Assembly: GCA_977020255.1 (NCBI GenBank)
Contig: CDROCS010001542.1
Span: 124,001-188,000, forward strand
Length of the DNA: 64,000 nt
Direction of reading: 5' to 3'
From: Obrimoposthia wandeli
Lineage: Eukaryota
A program made the translations under genes and the position numbers. The notes under the pieces are model-generated. The model was not told the DNA's origin. It saw nothing but the letters and a program-made list of their open reading frames with translations, and did no database searches. Each line of letters opens with the position of its first letter. Position 1 is the stretch's first letter. This document shows positions 48,540 to 61,450 of this stretch, one piece after another.

Positions 48540-49010
48540 TTGCTGTCGATCATTTCAACTTTAATCATGTGTTTCAAACGTATTATTACCAATGAGAATT
48601 TTAATAGACTCGGTGAGGTTGTAGATAGTTTCAATTCTGAAGATGCCACGTGTATTGCGACACTTCAAGAGCTTATGCACAATGACAATATAAAACAATG
48701 TATCGGAACTCTATACAAGTACTTTAAAATCGTTGCATTCATCAAACGAATTGAGAGTCGCAAAGTAACTGGTGTTAATACAATTGTTGATTTAACTTTG
48801 ATGCTGAGATTGCAGCTAATCTGGACATTATTAAACAAGAACGTGGGACTAAATTCTGTGATTGTCGTGGTCCTACAATTGCTGCAATTTTGTGATTGCC
48901 AATTATTTCATCCGAGTTGAAGACATTTTCATCTTTAAAGAACATTTTGATCGATAACAAATGTTGTCTTGCGGTGGAAAGCCTCAATCAACAGGCCTTG
49001 TTATTATTAG
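48540..49010 (+). pseudogene. hAT-like transposase C-terminal remnant
   Basis: NFNRLGEVVDSFNSEDA...LLNKNVGL and PIISSELKTFSSLKNILIDN resemble the hAT dimerisation region (PITS..VERSFS..KNIL.D). Confidence 0.45.
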
Positions 49011-50951
49011 TTTTAGTGTGATTTTTCTTTGTTATTTTAATTCATTTTATATTTAGTTTTAACGATTTTTTTCCTCTATTTTTACAACTCTGTTGAGTTT
49101 TGAAGAACTTATCTTGCTAATTATGAATTTAGGTTATCCTTAAACATAATCATGGGTATTTTCCATCATAAATTATAATTAAAATTCATCGATGATGTAA
49201 AATAACTTGTGTGTAATAATACAAATATTGTGTCATAAAGAACAGTTATGTAGTTAGTAAATCTTAAAAAATTTCAAAAATCATTAAAAGTATTATTAAA
49301 GTAGATATTTGCAAAGAAAAATTCAAGATGATAAAAAATTTAGCAAAGAATGAAAATTCTTAAAATTTATGGGAGATAAATGTATTTCATGCTTCTATCA
49401 GACCTGCTCCAGTTTTTTTTAAATATACATAAATCTTTTGTGATTATTTATTTTGTGTATGTGTTATGTTATAATTTTGTGGTTGAAATTATGTGAAATG
49501 AGCAAGGGAAATAGTGGGACTTGGGTAATTTTGATGAAAATCATGAAAAAGTTTTTATTTATTATTCTTGAAATTAGTGTTCTCAATTACTTATTAAAAG
49601 TTCAGTTATAAAAAATTGAAGGAAACTTTTTTCGAGTATATTTATGTTAATGAATAATTGTGGTTTAAGCAGTTTACTTAATCAGCAATTAGTAAAATTA
49701 ATTTGGCCAATTAGAGGCTGGGATTTGAGAAATATGTTGCACTTTAGATTGCTTGTTATTGTGTGTCTGCCTATATATTAGTCAGATATTATGTTATAAA
49801 GTAAAGTTTGATTTAGTGGTAGATGTGAATTTACAGATCAGTGGTTTTTGTGATAGTAAAGTGATGAATATAATTTCAAAGACTTGAAATGGCTTTTAGT
49901 AGACAGAATAAGATTCTGAATGAACATTTCAGAAAACAACGGATGCATAGAGTTAAAACTAACTTTAATCAACCTGCCTGTAAATTTGAGAAGATTTTGT
50001 GTTTCTGAAATTAGTAAAAATCATTTAAAATTTAATAATTATACTCTTAAAAGGGATGATTACTAATATGATATTGCTATCTGAATGTCAAATGGGAATA
50101 TAAATTTCTATTAAAAACGTGACGGCAAAAAATGTATTAAAATGCAATAACTCGTTTTACTATAAAAATGTGAATAATAATGGAACAATATTGAAGAATA
50201 CGCTCCAAATCATCTTATTAAATAGTAATATAAATTTATATTCTTGTTTAATCCTATTTTAATCTAAAAAATATAATATTAGCATACTTTTTGAATAAAA
50301 TGCAATGTATATAAAATCAATTTTTAAATTATGAATAAACAAAATTATTGCCCGTTATTTACAAAACTAAAACATAAAAGCACAGAGTTATTAATATATA
50401 TACAAAATACGTGGTCGGGTCCATAATTTGATATTGTTACTTTGCAAGTATAATTTCTTTCAATAAATGTAAATAATCGTTTTTTTCTTTTATTTAAATG
50501 TAATTCAGAGTTTCGGTACAAGTAAATGAGATTTTCTTTCAATCAAATCTTTTTCAGATATTTTTTGTTTATTTGGTAATAGGCTGCAGTTTTATAGTTG
50601 CCAGCTAAGACATGAGGATGTAGAGAAATAGTAGCATGGTACAGGAGAAAGACGATGGGAGAGAGGAAAGATATTGCTGCCACTAGATAATGCGGCACAT
50701 CTGAATTACGCACGAATTTCATCAGGTTGTTTGACTTGTAATTCCTCATTAAGTTTTGATTACCACCAACTTATTTTTACTGATGAGTTAACTGAATGGA
50801 TCATAAAAATCAGACAGTTGTTGGATTTGAACCTGTACATTGTAACCACATCAATATTTACAAAAAATTACTTATTTGAGTATAAAATAATTATTGATTT
50901 TATAAATAATTCTGAAAAGCAATTTTAGTACAATTTCCTCCTTTATTATAG

Positions 50952-51191
50952 GTACATTTTTCCGATCTGATCCGGTGCGTGGACCATCCGCAGCTGCAAT
51001 TTGGTGCACTCGGCGTCCTTGGTAACCTGACGTTACTAGGGCCAGCGTGTGAGGTGCTGATGGAGCACACGGACACCGTGTTTGGCTGGTGTGCTGATCA
51101 ACGCAAGGCCTGTGCTGTCAAAGTAATCTTGCATTTGGCGCACAACGGACCCCAGCAGAGACTACGGATCCTTCAATCTCGATGCAGCACG
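50952..51191 (+). CDS. ARMC10-like host gene, exon 3 (ARM repeat)
   Basis: Acceptor tattatag ends at 50951, donor GTATTG at 51192, both phase 0; QLQFGALGVLGNLT...AVKVILHLAHN aligns by eye to ARMC10 VQLAGLTLLTNMT...VLKLLLNLSEN and continues exon 2. Confidence 0.62.
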
Positions 51192-52934
51192 GTATTGGGC
51201 TTCATATACACTTCATTTACAATAATGAGTAATGTGTTATTTTCTATAGGAAAATAGAGTGGACTTTCTATCTAATCTGCATATTAGCCACTGTAAACTA
51301 AAATTGTCTACTTTTACAGAAAAACAGTCCGTAAGAAATCGAATTAATATTTTGTATCAAACGCATAATATTACACATTGTTTTTATTCTCCAGAATCCT
51401 CAAAATAATCGATCCACTCAAGTTGTTAAGTTGTCAACCGTCGGATCAGCGTCCTATAGGTCCGGGTTGATTTTGTTGTCATCATTGCATTTAGCCATTC
51501 TCGAAATTGCGTAATCATACTCCCTTATAGTCATGTTGCCTTATTACCATTTTCTTTCACTTTTCAATAACTTGAAGCTTGAAACTAACATGAAAGACGA
51601 ATCGAGAATACAGGATAATACCCGGTTTATAGATGAGTCATACGAAAATCTAGTGAGGTTTGAAAAACGTTCTGGGTGACTTATTCATGAAGAAATATTA
51701 CCACTGTTGATTCATTTTGTCTCTTTTGTTTAACGTAAAAAATTATAAACTATAAATTACAATTTGTCCCTTCGTCCATCCAATATTTGAACATAAGAAC
51801 CTAATTAATTTCGACAACACTTTCAGGAGATGTCTTTATTTTCATTAAAATTACCCATAAATAATGGGACTGACTGCATAAAACTGAAATAAAATTGAAT
51901 TTTTTAACCATTTCAATAATATATATTGAAAATTATTCAATTAGTATTCGATTCATGTTTTATTTAGTCAACCGTGAGTTTCGAACAATATAAAAGGGGT
52001 AAAATGGAAATATATTATCAACTAAAATAGGTTTGGAATACCGAAGCATCAAGCAGATCCACAGTCTATAGATAGTGCAATGATTTCAAGAACGAAATAA
52101 GAAGTTCATTTGATGAAAAATATATTCCAAAACAAAATTCCAATAATAATATTAAAAGAATCAAAAAAGTTAATATCAGTGTTTATGCAATATCTAGTAT
52201 TCTAGATATTTCTCTGGAAACTACACGTAGAACTGGAGATTCATCGGTCCTACATCAAATTTGAAAGAACATTGGATTTATTGACATGTTTCCTAAAAAA
52301 AGACACAACATGACTATAAAGTGTGGCTAAGGGAAAATGGAAATCGTCCACATGCTCTACAGATGACTCCAAGGGTTCCGAAAACGATGTTATTGATTTG
52401 TTTGTACTCATGTTGGTAAGTTTAATATTGAAGGACTGGCGAAGCAGTAAATAGCCAAAGTTAATGTCAGTTTCTATAAAATGCTTTCCTCCGACCTATC
52501 AGAGGAATCTGCTGCTTCTTCTGGTTCAGGGGGAAACAGAGATTGCTGTAGCATTTGTGCTTGATTAATATATCTTTAAATTGCTTTTTTAAAAAGTTCA
52601 AACGAAGACCATTTTACTCGAAAACACACCATAAATACCCAAGAAGCAATGATAAAGAAAAGTATACATATCAAAATCAGATACTAATTCTTGTGACTGA
52701 AATGTATAAAAACGAGATTTAATCGAATGGTTCTACCGGATTTGGAAGTAAAGATTATTATTAGCTAAAGGAAACGCACAAAAGTTTAAGGAACAATCCA
52801 AAAAAATGCTTTGGAAAGAATATAAAATGTTAAATGACCAAATGAACCACATCATATAATTAAATATAAATTATATTCCATACTAATATCTACATTTGTC
52901 TTTGTGAAATATGAAATACAAATTTTTTTTTAAA

Positions 52935-53310
52935 GATTTTGAAATTAATTTTATGTTTATTCAAAGAATGGTGATTGTTATGAAAATATTAAAAGAAATT
53001 ATGAAAGTGAATGCGCTAAGTAGGGTTTTCAGATTTATTAAAATTATTCTAAAGTTGCACATTTTTAAATTCAAATATCATATTTTCAGGTATTTCCTTC
53101 GTTTATTGATGGCTTGTGGCAAATGAATCTGAATATCTACATTCTCCTTCGACTTCTTTTCGAACAATTAAAGAATCCAGAACCGCAATTTAAAAATGGA
53201 AGCTTTGGAAGATTTCTTTTGGTAAGTATTTTGAGGATAAAATGTAACACTTGTATGCAATAAAGAATAAAATTTAAATTTCATGGTTGATATTGTACTG
53301 TAATTGATCA
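52935..53310 (+). repeat. Inverted copy of 43750-44130, containing an exon-like unit
   Basis: ttttcag|GTATTTCC...AAAATGGAAGCTTTGGAAGATTTCTTTTG|gtaagt. Confidence 0.8.
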
Positions 53311-53639
53311 TAAAGTAGATTCATGTGATAGTAGCTGATTATTTAAAATAACATTTAATCCTAAATATTAGAGAGATTTAACATAGCCGATATTCCATTT
53401 TAGAATTGAAATTTGAGTGATTTTAGCAAACTGATTTAATAAATGTTATGAGACTTGGCATAATTTTTAATTCAAAATTTAACATTTCGTATAAAACAAA
53501 ATCCCGTGCTGAATACACTCAGCGACAACACAAAAATTGGTACACCTAGCTTATACGCTAATATAATGTTATTTCACCTGAATACTTATATTTTAATGTA
53601 ACGAAAACTATTAAAAAAAATTAATCACTAATTTAAAAA

Positions 53640-53900
53640 TGGCAAATATATCGGATTTTGAAAAAAGTAGGATGTATTGGTGAACTAGAGATGTTCATTT
53701 CATTTGGAGAAGCATAGAGGAGATTTAATGTCTCAAAATTGACAGTACGAAGAAGATGGAAGGGATATTGTGTAGAAGAGATTAATCTTCTTAGTTTTCA
53801 TAACGTTTTCAGGAATTATTAATAGAAAACTCGGCAGTGGAAGACCCAGCGTTTTATTAGAAGAAAATTATCTTAAAGAGATCATCCATCTCATATCTGT
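53640..53900 (+). pseudogene. Tc1-like transposase N-terminal (HTH) remnant
   Basis: MANISDFEKSR...RRFNVSKLTVRR...RKLGSGRPS with frameshifts. Confidence 0.55.
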
Positions 53901-54465
53901 GATCACCTGAAACAATGGTCTATCCCTTTTTGTTGTTTCGTGTATCTCTGAATGGCATGCATGCTAAACTTGAATATCTACTATGTCAAACCTTTGCAGT
54001 GTATTTTAATAATAAACATCATAAATATATCGGTACTAATAATGTGTCTGTATTGGATACTGATTTTACAGTATTTGTACTCAACCTGACTTTGATCATA
54101 ACTAATCTTGACAAATCGGACTGACCTTTACAGTAGATCCAATCAAATATAAAAAAATATGAAATATTGACTTGTGAATTGATATTATGATATCCAATTT
54201 TGATGTGATATGTATTTCTATTCACTATTTTAATATTTTATTTTGATTTAATTACAGTTTTATCTTAATTTGATGAAATTTTCGTGTGTTACATATAAAT
54301 TACACCTGAATTCTTCAGTAGAAATATAATTAAAGTGGATATGTAAGTAAAGCCATTGCCGTAGATTTGTTTGACTAATTAATTTTTAAAGACTGTTCAC
54401 TATAATTCGTCAAAATATGCTTATAAAATATATAACGGTGGGGATATTGACTCTTTGTCACCCAG

Positions 54466-54567
54466 ATGGAGAAGCGCAATATCGAGGTTGCGGTGCAAAC
54501 AAAGGCCCAAAACGAACCAGGTCATCTCGAGGTCATTCTTGGTCTGCAGAAGATCGTCGCCGATTAG
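54466..54567 (+). CDS. Possible last coding exon of the ARMC10-like gene
   Basis: GC-rich patch after ttgtcacccag, phase 0, MEKRNIEVAVQTKAQNEPGHLEVILGLQKIVAD*; no clear homology. Confidence 0.25.
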   Translation: MEKRNIEVAVQTKAQNEPGHLEVILGLQKIVAD

Positions 54568-55904
54568 AACTACGGTGCTAATTTGTTGACTCTGTCTAGT
54601 TAGGTTCATTTGATCTCGACCACGCTTGATTTATACTACGTGTTAATTTTATAGTCTTCTATGTCGTTGACTTTTCGATCTCTATTTATATTTGTACCCT
54701 GAGTAGTACACTTCGATGGCCTGTCTTTTTGTTTATGAAATATTCTATGTCATACTGAATTATATGACGACAATGTTAACGACATTTTAGATATTATGCT
54801 TTATTTTCAATAATTTTTTATTGTTGAATTGTGTTTTTCTTCAAAATTAACATTGAAAGAACTAATAATAGTTATTTTAAAGTATCATGGGTAGGGTAAC
54901 TCAAGTTAAATTAAATTATGTTACCCGTTATAAGTGTAATGTGTCGGTTCTAAAACAATAGCACACAAGGTACACACACTCTCCTTAGAACAAGGAACCC
55001 AGTACATCTGGATGCGCTTCGTGTTTGCAGATGTACTTTGTTATTCGTTCCTTGGGAGAGGGGTGTGCTGTTGTTTTTGAAACGACACTACGTATTCAAT
55101 CCTACAGATTGGCCTTATGCGCCAATTACGATTATGTAGGTTAAATTAACGTAGATTTTTAAAATGTGGAAATTAAAATATCAAATTTGTTAAGATTATT
55201 TCAAATATATATTTTATGATTTTTACACAATTGACCGCCTCAAGTTTTTATTTACAATTTTAATTTACTTATTACGGCGACCGACTCCATTCCAAAAGTT
55301 AGACTGTCTCGCATAACCGGACAGTTCGCAGTTTTAATCTTGCAAAGGTTATTGTTTATAATAGCAAACTAGATAAAAAAGAGTATGTTTATACATAATT
55401 ATATTCCATATCATTATAACATGTATCTTCATAATCCATACTTTCTTCTTTTTCTACTTTAATGATTGTTGCAACTTTAGACTTCAAGCCTCTATTAAGC
55501 AGGTGGTACATATAAAGTTCTTCAATCCTTTAGATAAAAAGTTCTGGTGTAACAAATATATGAAAGTATATTTCAGCATTCTTCACCATTTTGAGGTTGG
55601 GCTCAGGTTATAGAGAGCTTGCAATTTATCTTTAAAATTAGTCATTTGAAATAATGCGAAATTGGTTTAAAGGGGTATATATTTATAGAAAATTCGTTGA
55701 AATTATCCAATGAGTAGCTAGTAGGAAGTCAAGACATGGTTATGATACATACAATCTATTAGAAATTAACATCAATAAAAATATATACATACTATCGTTT
55801 AAATAGGATATATACAATAGTCTGTTTATTACAATAAGAAAGAAGAATATTAGTCAATACTTTAAAGAGGTTACCGCAGATTTTATACACCTATCTTAGA
55901 CTAT

Positions 55905-58100
55905 AGTGTCCATATGTGACGGATTTGTTTTTCTCATTCTAAACCATTTTATCATCATAACACCGTAAGGCAATTTTATCATTAAACATTGTAAACAATT
56001 GATGATTACTCGATAAAATACGTGTTTGACCGGAAGTTATAATTTTATCATCAATATAACACTTGATGTAATGTTTATGTCTGATTTAGGTTTGTAATAC
56101 GGAGATACCCTTAGTCCTCATACTCGTTTTCAATGAGTATAATTTAGGTTTCAGAAATACCCTTTCATCATAAAGCACTGTCTTCTTGCTTTCCCATTTA
56201 AACTTTCCAATCACATTTCGATGAGAATCGTTAAATAACTCATGATGTAGTAATTGAAGATTTACTGCCTGATTATAATTTACCATTAAACGAAGAGAGA
56301 AGAGACGACTATAAAACTGTTTTACTTCTAACTAAAGCTTTAAAATATTATAGAATAAATAGAAAACAGTAAAAATTAAATTTACTTCAAATCCTCCAAA
56401 TAAATGTCAAGCTAGGTGGAACTCTTTAGCTTAATACTGTTTATTGTATGAACTTTTCACTAACATCAAATTGGAAATAAATGATTTTATAATATATATT
56501 TTATCGTTTACTTGGTTAATGTGAGAAAATTAATTGATTAGGAAAAGTTAAAAGAATATAAAACATTATGTCAAGCAGCCACAAATTCTTTGATATTTTT
56601 TTATAAAAAGTAAACAGTCTACTGTATAGTGATAATTACCGTTCTGTTCCAACAACAACAAGTTTACTACTTTTTCGTGCTACATTTTTTATAAATAACT
56701 TTCACATCTGGATTTTTAAGCACTAGATGACTACTATGAGGCTCTACCTTTATCACAGTATTATTTAGTTTTTCAAACCTGTTGATCCAGAATTTTTTCA
56801 TAGGACCAGGTTCACATATTAGTTCATTTAAATACTGATTATAGTTTTCAACTCTATGTCTCTTTCGATTGTGATCTTTATAGTGTAGGATACTGAGAAC
56901 AGCGTTTTTAAAACATTGGTCATCAGTTTTATTTACATTCAGAATAGAGAGTGTTTTAGCAAGCGCAACGGGGGTTTTATAAATGATGACCCTGCTACGC
57001 TTGACAGTGCAGTAAATTTAAAGGATAACTGTAGTATTTTAAATTCTGACAATCCCGAGCTTATATCCTTATAAATTTCAATTTTATTGTTGAGATCAAC
57101 TCTTCTCAGTGTAATAAAATATTGTTCAAACATATTTGCTTTACAGCTTACGTGCCATGATTTATAATGGCCCAAATTATTGAAAAATTCAGTTTCTTAC
57201 AGGGTACAAACATATCTATACTATTAGTAAATTCAGTTAGCATAGTATCGTTAATGAATAGTTTAAGCATGTTTAACCCACTAACATCGAAAACAAGGTT
57301 TGATTGAATTGCACATCCTGTTTGATTGTTACAATTTAATGTATTATCTGCATTAATTGTAACAATATTATCAAAGTCATAATTTTTAATAGTTAGAAGC
57401 GAGTCGTAAAAATCATTTTCAGTTATAAACTCGTCCTGATCTATAATTTCATCAATACTATTATTTATGATTTCCTTAGTAATTTTATTAGGGGTGGAAG
57501 GCTCATTAATTACAACTTCAGCATTAGTAATAATTTTTTAAACACTATCAGGTTCCCATGAATCTACCAAAACAAACTCTCAAAATCGTAATTATTAATG
57601 TTTGAATTATGTAATATATTAGTTTACTATTTTGCTGTTGTTTAGGGATTTACGTTTATACGCTGAAATTTTCTACTGGAAATACGTCAGATAATCTTTA
57701 TGATCATTTATAAATGTTTGATAATCAATACAATATAACAAATCACATTGAGGACAAATAAAACCGTTTTTATATTTATAATCTTTAAGCATTACACTAT
57801 GACTTTCGATTCCATGATTAACGTTACTGCAATACTTGTAAAATGTACATAAGTTACTTCCTCCACGAAGTCTAGGGCATACATGGATATTAGCCCCCTC
57901 ATGTAGAACATTGCCTATAGTAGTATCCCTTTCAAGGGCATACCGTTACGGTTAAAATATATTTGGTCAGTCCTTAAGACTTCATATAATTTATTTGTTA
58001 GATCTGTAATTTTCAGTCCAGGACTGATATTAATGGGTTTGCAAGACCCTAATAATTTTGCAAATATTGTTATATCAGCTGGCAGTTTGCTCAAACTACG
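55905..58100 (-). pseudogene. Polinton/Maverick (adintovirus-type) protein-primed DNA polymerase relic, internally deleted, with upstream ubiquitin-like domain
   Basis: GSSFIKPP..NVNKTDDQCFKNAVLSILH, VVNLLLLEQNGNYHY, VIGKFKWE..FLKPKLYSLK..TKGI, ILSSNHQLFT..KIALRCYDDK..TYGHY in the correct order. Confidence 0.75.
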
Positions 58101-59259
58101 CAGCTTCTGTCGAAATTGTTTACCCCACTTACCGTCGTTTTAAGTTTACTTAAATCAATATATTGATTTTTAACCTTCTTAAGTTGATTAAAATATTTAT
58201 TAAATGGAACATTTTCATAACCCGAGTATAACTCGTTTACGTTAAAATTTTCTATTGCATTTACAGGTGACCCTGGTTAAAAAAGTAAGGGTAACCTCTT
58301 GATTTATTTGGCTTACTCTGCGACCACATTCTAGGATTTAGACTTCCCGCGTTATTGGGCAGCTATCGCATTCGGGATAATTATTATTTAGAGATTTTGA
58401 GTAATAATTATCCTCAAAAAGCTGATGTAAAAGAGCCGAATGAGGAGACAGAACAGAAGAAGATGTAGAAGGAAGAGGTGAATGAGACGGAGCCAATTGC
58501 TCAGAAGGCATAAAAACGTTTCGGATATCATTCTTCTTTTCCGACTATCATTTGTTGGCATCCATGGCATTTTCCGACTATCATTTGTTGCCATCCATGG
58601 CGCGATAGAAATTAGAGCTGTGGAACTGGTCATTGCTAGATTAAAATTTTAAAAACAAAACATCAAAAGTTACCTTTCTTAACCTGTGGGCATCCAAGTC
58701 CACATCATCCACATCGTCCACAGGAGGAGCCTTTGTGTCCACCTTTGTGAACTGTTTTTCGCAAATATATATTTGTCATCTAAAAGAAATATTAATTACA
58801 TTAAATAATAAAAATAATACACTTTATTTTGAGATTATAGAGAGAGAATGAATGTATTAAAACTGATTGTTTATATATAGTTTACAATCAGTGCTAGAAC
58901 AGTTGCTGCCCTTTCTTTATGACAAACAAGAACAGTGTGATAAAGACACTTTGTTCTCTAGTTGTTATACACGTGGTCACTTAATCCAAAAGTTAATTAT
59001 GGTTAAATAACCAGTTGATATTTTTCATAACCACTTTTCATACTGTTAGATCCTGAATATTTATAAAATAATTCTCACCATTAATTTTCTCTTAATTAGT
59101 AGATTTTAAATCTATTTTTAAATTTATCAAAATTTAAAAAATTTAAATGTTGACTGGTTAGTAAAGGTTTATAAAACAATTACGATTTTGAATACAAATT
59201 TTTATTATCAATCAACACAAATAAAAAGGTTTGACATTTATATGGTTTGATCATACAAC

Positions 59260-60802
59260 TGTTAGGATTAGGTTTTGAGTAAATTTAAATAATTAATTGA
59301 TTTTATACTAAAATAAAAATCCTTGAAAGCAAGGTTATATTTAAAAAAAACTCATTTAAAATTAAAATTGTTAAAATTAAGACGGGAATTAAATATTAGG
59401 ATCACGAAGGTCATGTGTAAACGTGTGCTGTATTTAAGGGATTTTAAACTTTACCAAAAGGCCCCAAAAAGAAGTTAGCCAAGAATTTAGGAATTAAGTG
59501 GACAAGAGAAGAAGCTAGAAGAATAATTAAAGACAGAAGAAAGAAGCAGAAAATAGGCAGTGAGAGAAACGACGGCTGTTCCATTAGACAGGCCATTAAA
59601 TTCAGACGGATTCCGTTGTAAGCAGGCCTCGACTTCACGGTAAGAGCACTTAATTTTAAGTGCAATCATCTACATTTTAGGAACATGGGAGTCCATTAGT
59701 AGACGCTCAGAGCCAGCCGGATCTGAGACAGATTCATATAGAAACCGCACAGACAGAATTCCATTAGTGTCTTGAAAAGAAGATAATTAGGAAATTGTGT
59801 ATAAAAGCAAAATTAAGTGTTAAATTTCGCCAGAGAAAAGAGAACCGAGTCACAGAAACGCGAGCCCTCAGAGAAACGAGAACCGATTCACAGAAACGCG
59901 AGCCGCTCAGAGAAACGAGAACCGATTCACAGAAACGCGAGCCGCTCAAAGAAACGAGAACCGATTCACAGAAACGCGAGCCGCTCAGAGAAACGAGAAC
60001 CGATTCACAGAAACGCGAGCCGCTCAAAGAAACGAGAACCGATTCACAGAAACGCGAACCGGCCAGAGAAACGCGAACCGATCAGGGAAACGGGAACCGA
60101 TTCAGAGGAACGCGAACCGATCCGAGAAACTAGAGGACCGACACCAACAATCCACGAGTAAGGACAACTTCGCAAGGATTTGGACTTGGACTTGACGACG
60201 TCCAGAATTATTGGTGAGGCGAGAGGTGGATCTATTTATCGTAATTTTATTTATCATTATTGAACTGAAGTTATATTGAAAATTGTGTAGTTGATCCGTA
60301 TTAGATAAAGTAAAACTTGAAATAACCCTATATTTTGATCGTTGAATTTTGAGAAAGAAGTTAAAGTAAAACTTGAAATTGCCCTATATTTTGATCGTTG
60401 AAATTTGATAAAGAAGCTAAAGTAAAAACCTTAAACTGCCCATATATTTAGAGTAAAGACTCTAGTTAACAAACGACCCTCAATTAAAATCGATATGTGG
60501 ACCATCCCCACTTGTGTAGAGACTTGTGAAAGTATTAGGAATAGTATTGTCATTTTTAGCACGTAATTAGAACGTGTTCAAATTAGTGTGTTTAGTAATA
60601 AACGATTTCCTACAACTAGACATCGTTGTTATAGACCCTTCAAATTTAGAAATTACAAACCTTCAGATAAGAATTGAGACAGACAAGCATAACATTAAGT
60701 AGGCCACAAACATCTACAAGTCCTGCTTCTATAGAACTCACGTTGGGGTCCTCCATTTAGAGGTTCTATATTAGAAAACAGTTTCATATAGAAACCCCAA
60801 CA
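59260..60802 (+). repeat. 5' LTR (1543 bp) of element 2
   Basis: tgttaggattagg...gaaaccccaaca; contains a 39-bp array (~6 copies, ~59830-60120, cagagaaacgagaaccgattcacagaaacgcgagccgct). Confidence 0.92.
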
Positions 60803-60810
60803 TATTAAAT

Positions 60811-60829
60811 TGGTGCCCAGAGTGAGGAT
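60811..60829 (+). other. Primer-binding site (elongator tRNA-Met-like)
   Basis: TGGTGCCCAGAGTGAGGAT after the same 8-nt spacer TATTAAAT. Confidence 0.72.
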
Positions 60830-60934
60830 AGCTCGTCGGACACAGCGACTTCACGTAGAATAAGAAAGCAAATTGAGAATAAGTTACAGAAGAAGAAGAT
60901 ATAAGCAAATTGAGATAAAAGAATTGAATAAGTT

Positions 60935-61390
60935 GAATCGAGTCGATGTATTCCTCGAAGTAATTTGATAAAGTTTGAATCGAGTAGATTTGTTCCTCGA
61001 ATTAAGCAATTTGATCAAGTTTGTAAAATCGAGTAGATTTGTTCCTCGAATTAAGTAATTTGATAAAGTTTGTAAAATCGAGTAGATTTGTTCCTCGAAT
61101 TAACCAATTTGATAAATTTTAAAAATCGAGTAGATTTGTTCCTCGAATTAACCAATTTGATAAAGTTTGAAAATCGAGTAGATTTGTTCCTCGAATTAAG
61201 CAATTTGATAAAGTTTGTAAAATCGAGTAGATTTGTTCCTTGAATTAAGTAATTTGGATAAATTTGTGAATCAAGTGGATTTGTTCCTCGAATTAAGTAA
61301 TTTGGATAAATTTGTGAATCGAGTGAATTTGTTCCTCGAAGTAAATAAATTGAATAAGTTAAGTCGAGTCGACTAAGTCCTCGAATTAAA
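60935..61390 (+). repeat. ~49-bp leader array (~10 copies) with TCGAG-N11-CTCGA
   Basis: aatcgagtagatttgttcctcgaatt repeated. Confidence 0.9.
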
Positions 61391-61450
61391 TAAATTGATA
61401 TAAGAAATCGTAAAATAAGAATTGTGAAATAAGATAAAAGTAATAAGTAA

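Noticed and set aside
59764-60161. Repetitive ORFs (ETRTDSQKREPLR)n and the MLQRTRKSSS ORFs at 5304-5712 and 26630-27014
   Set aside because: By-products of LTR tandem arrays that are open in several frames; not shared between LTR subfamilies.
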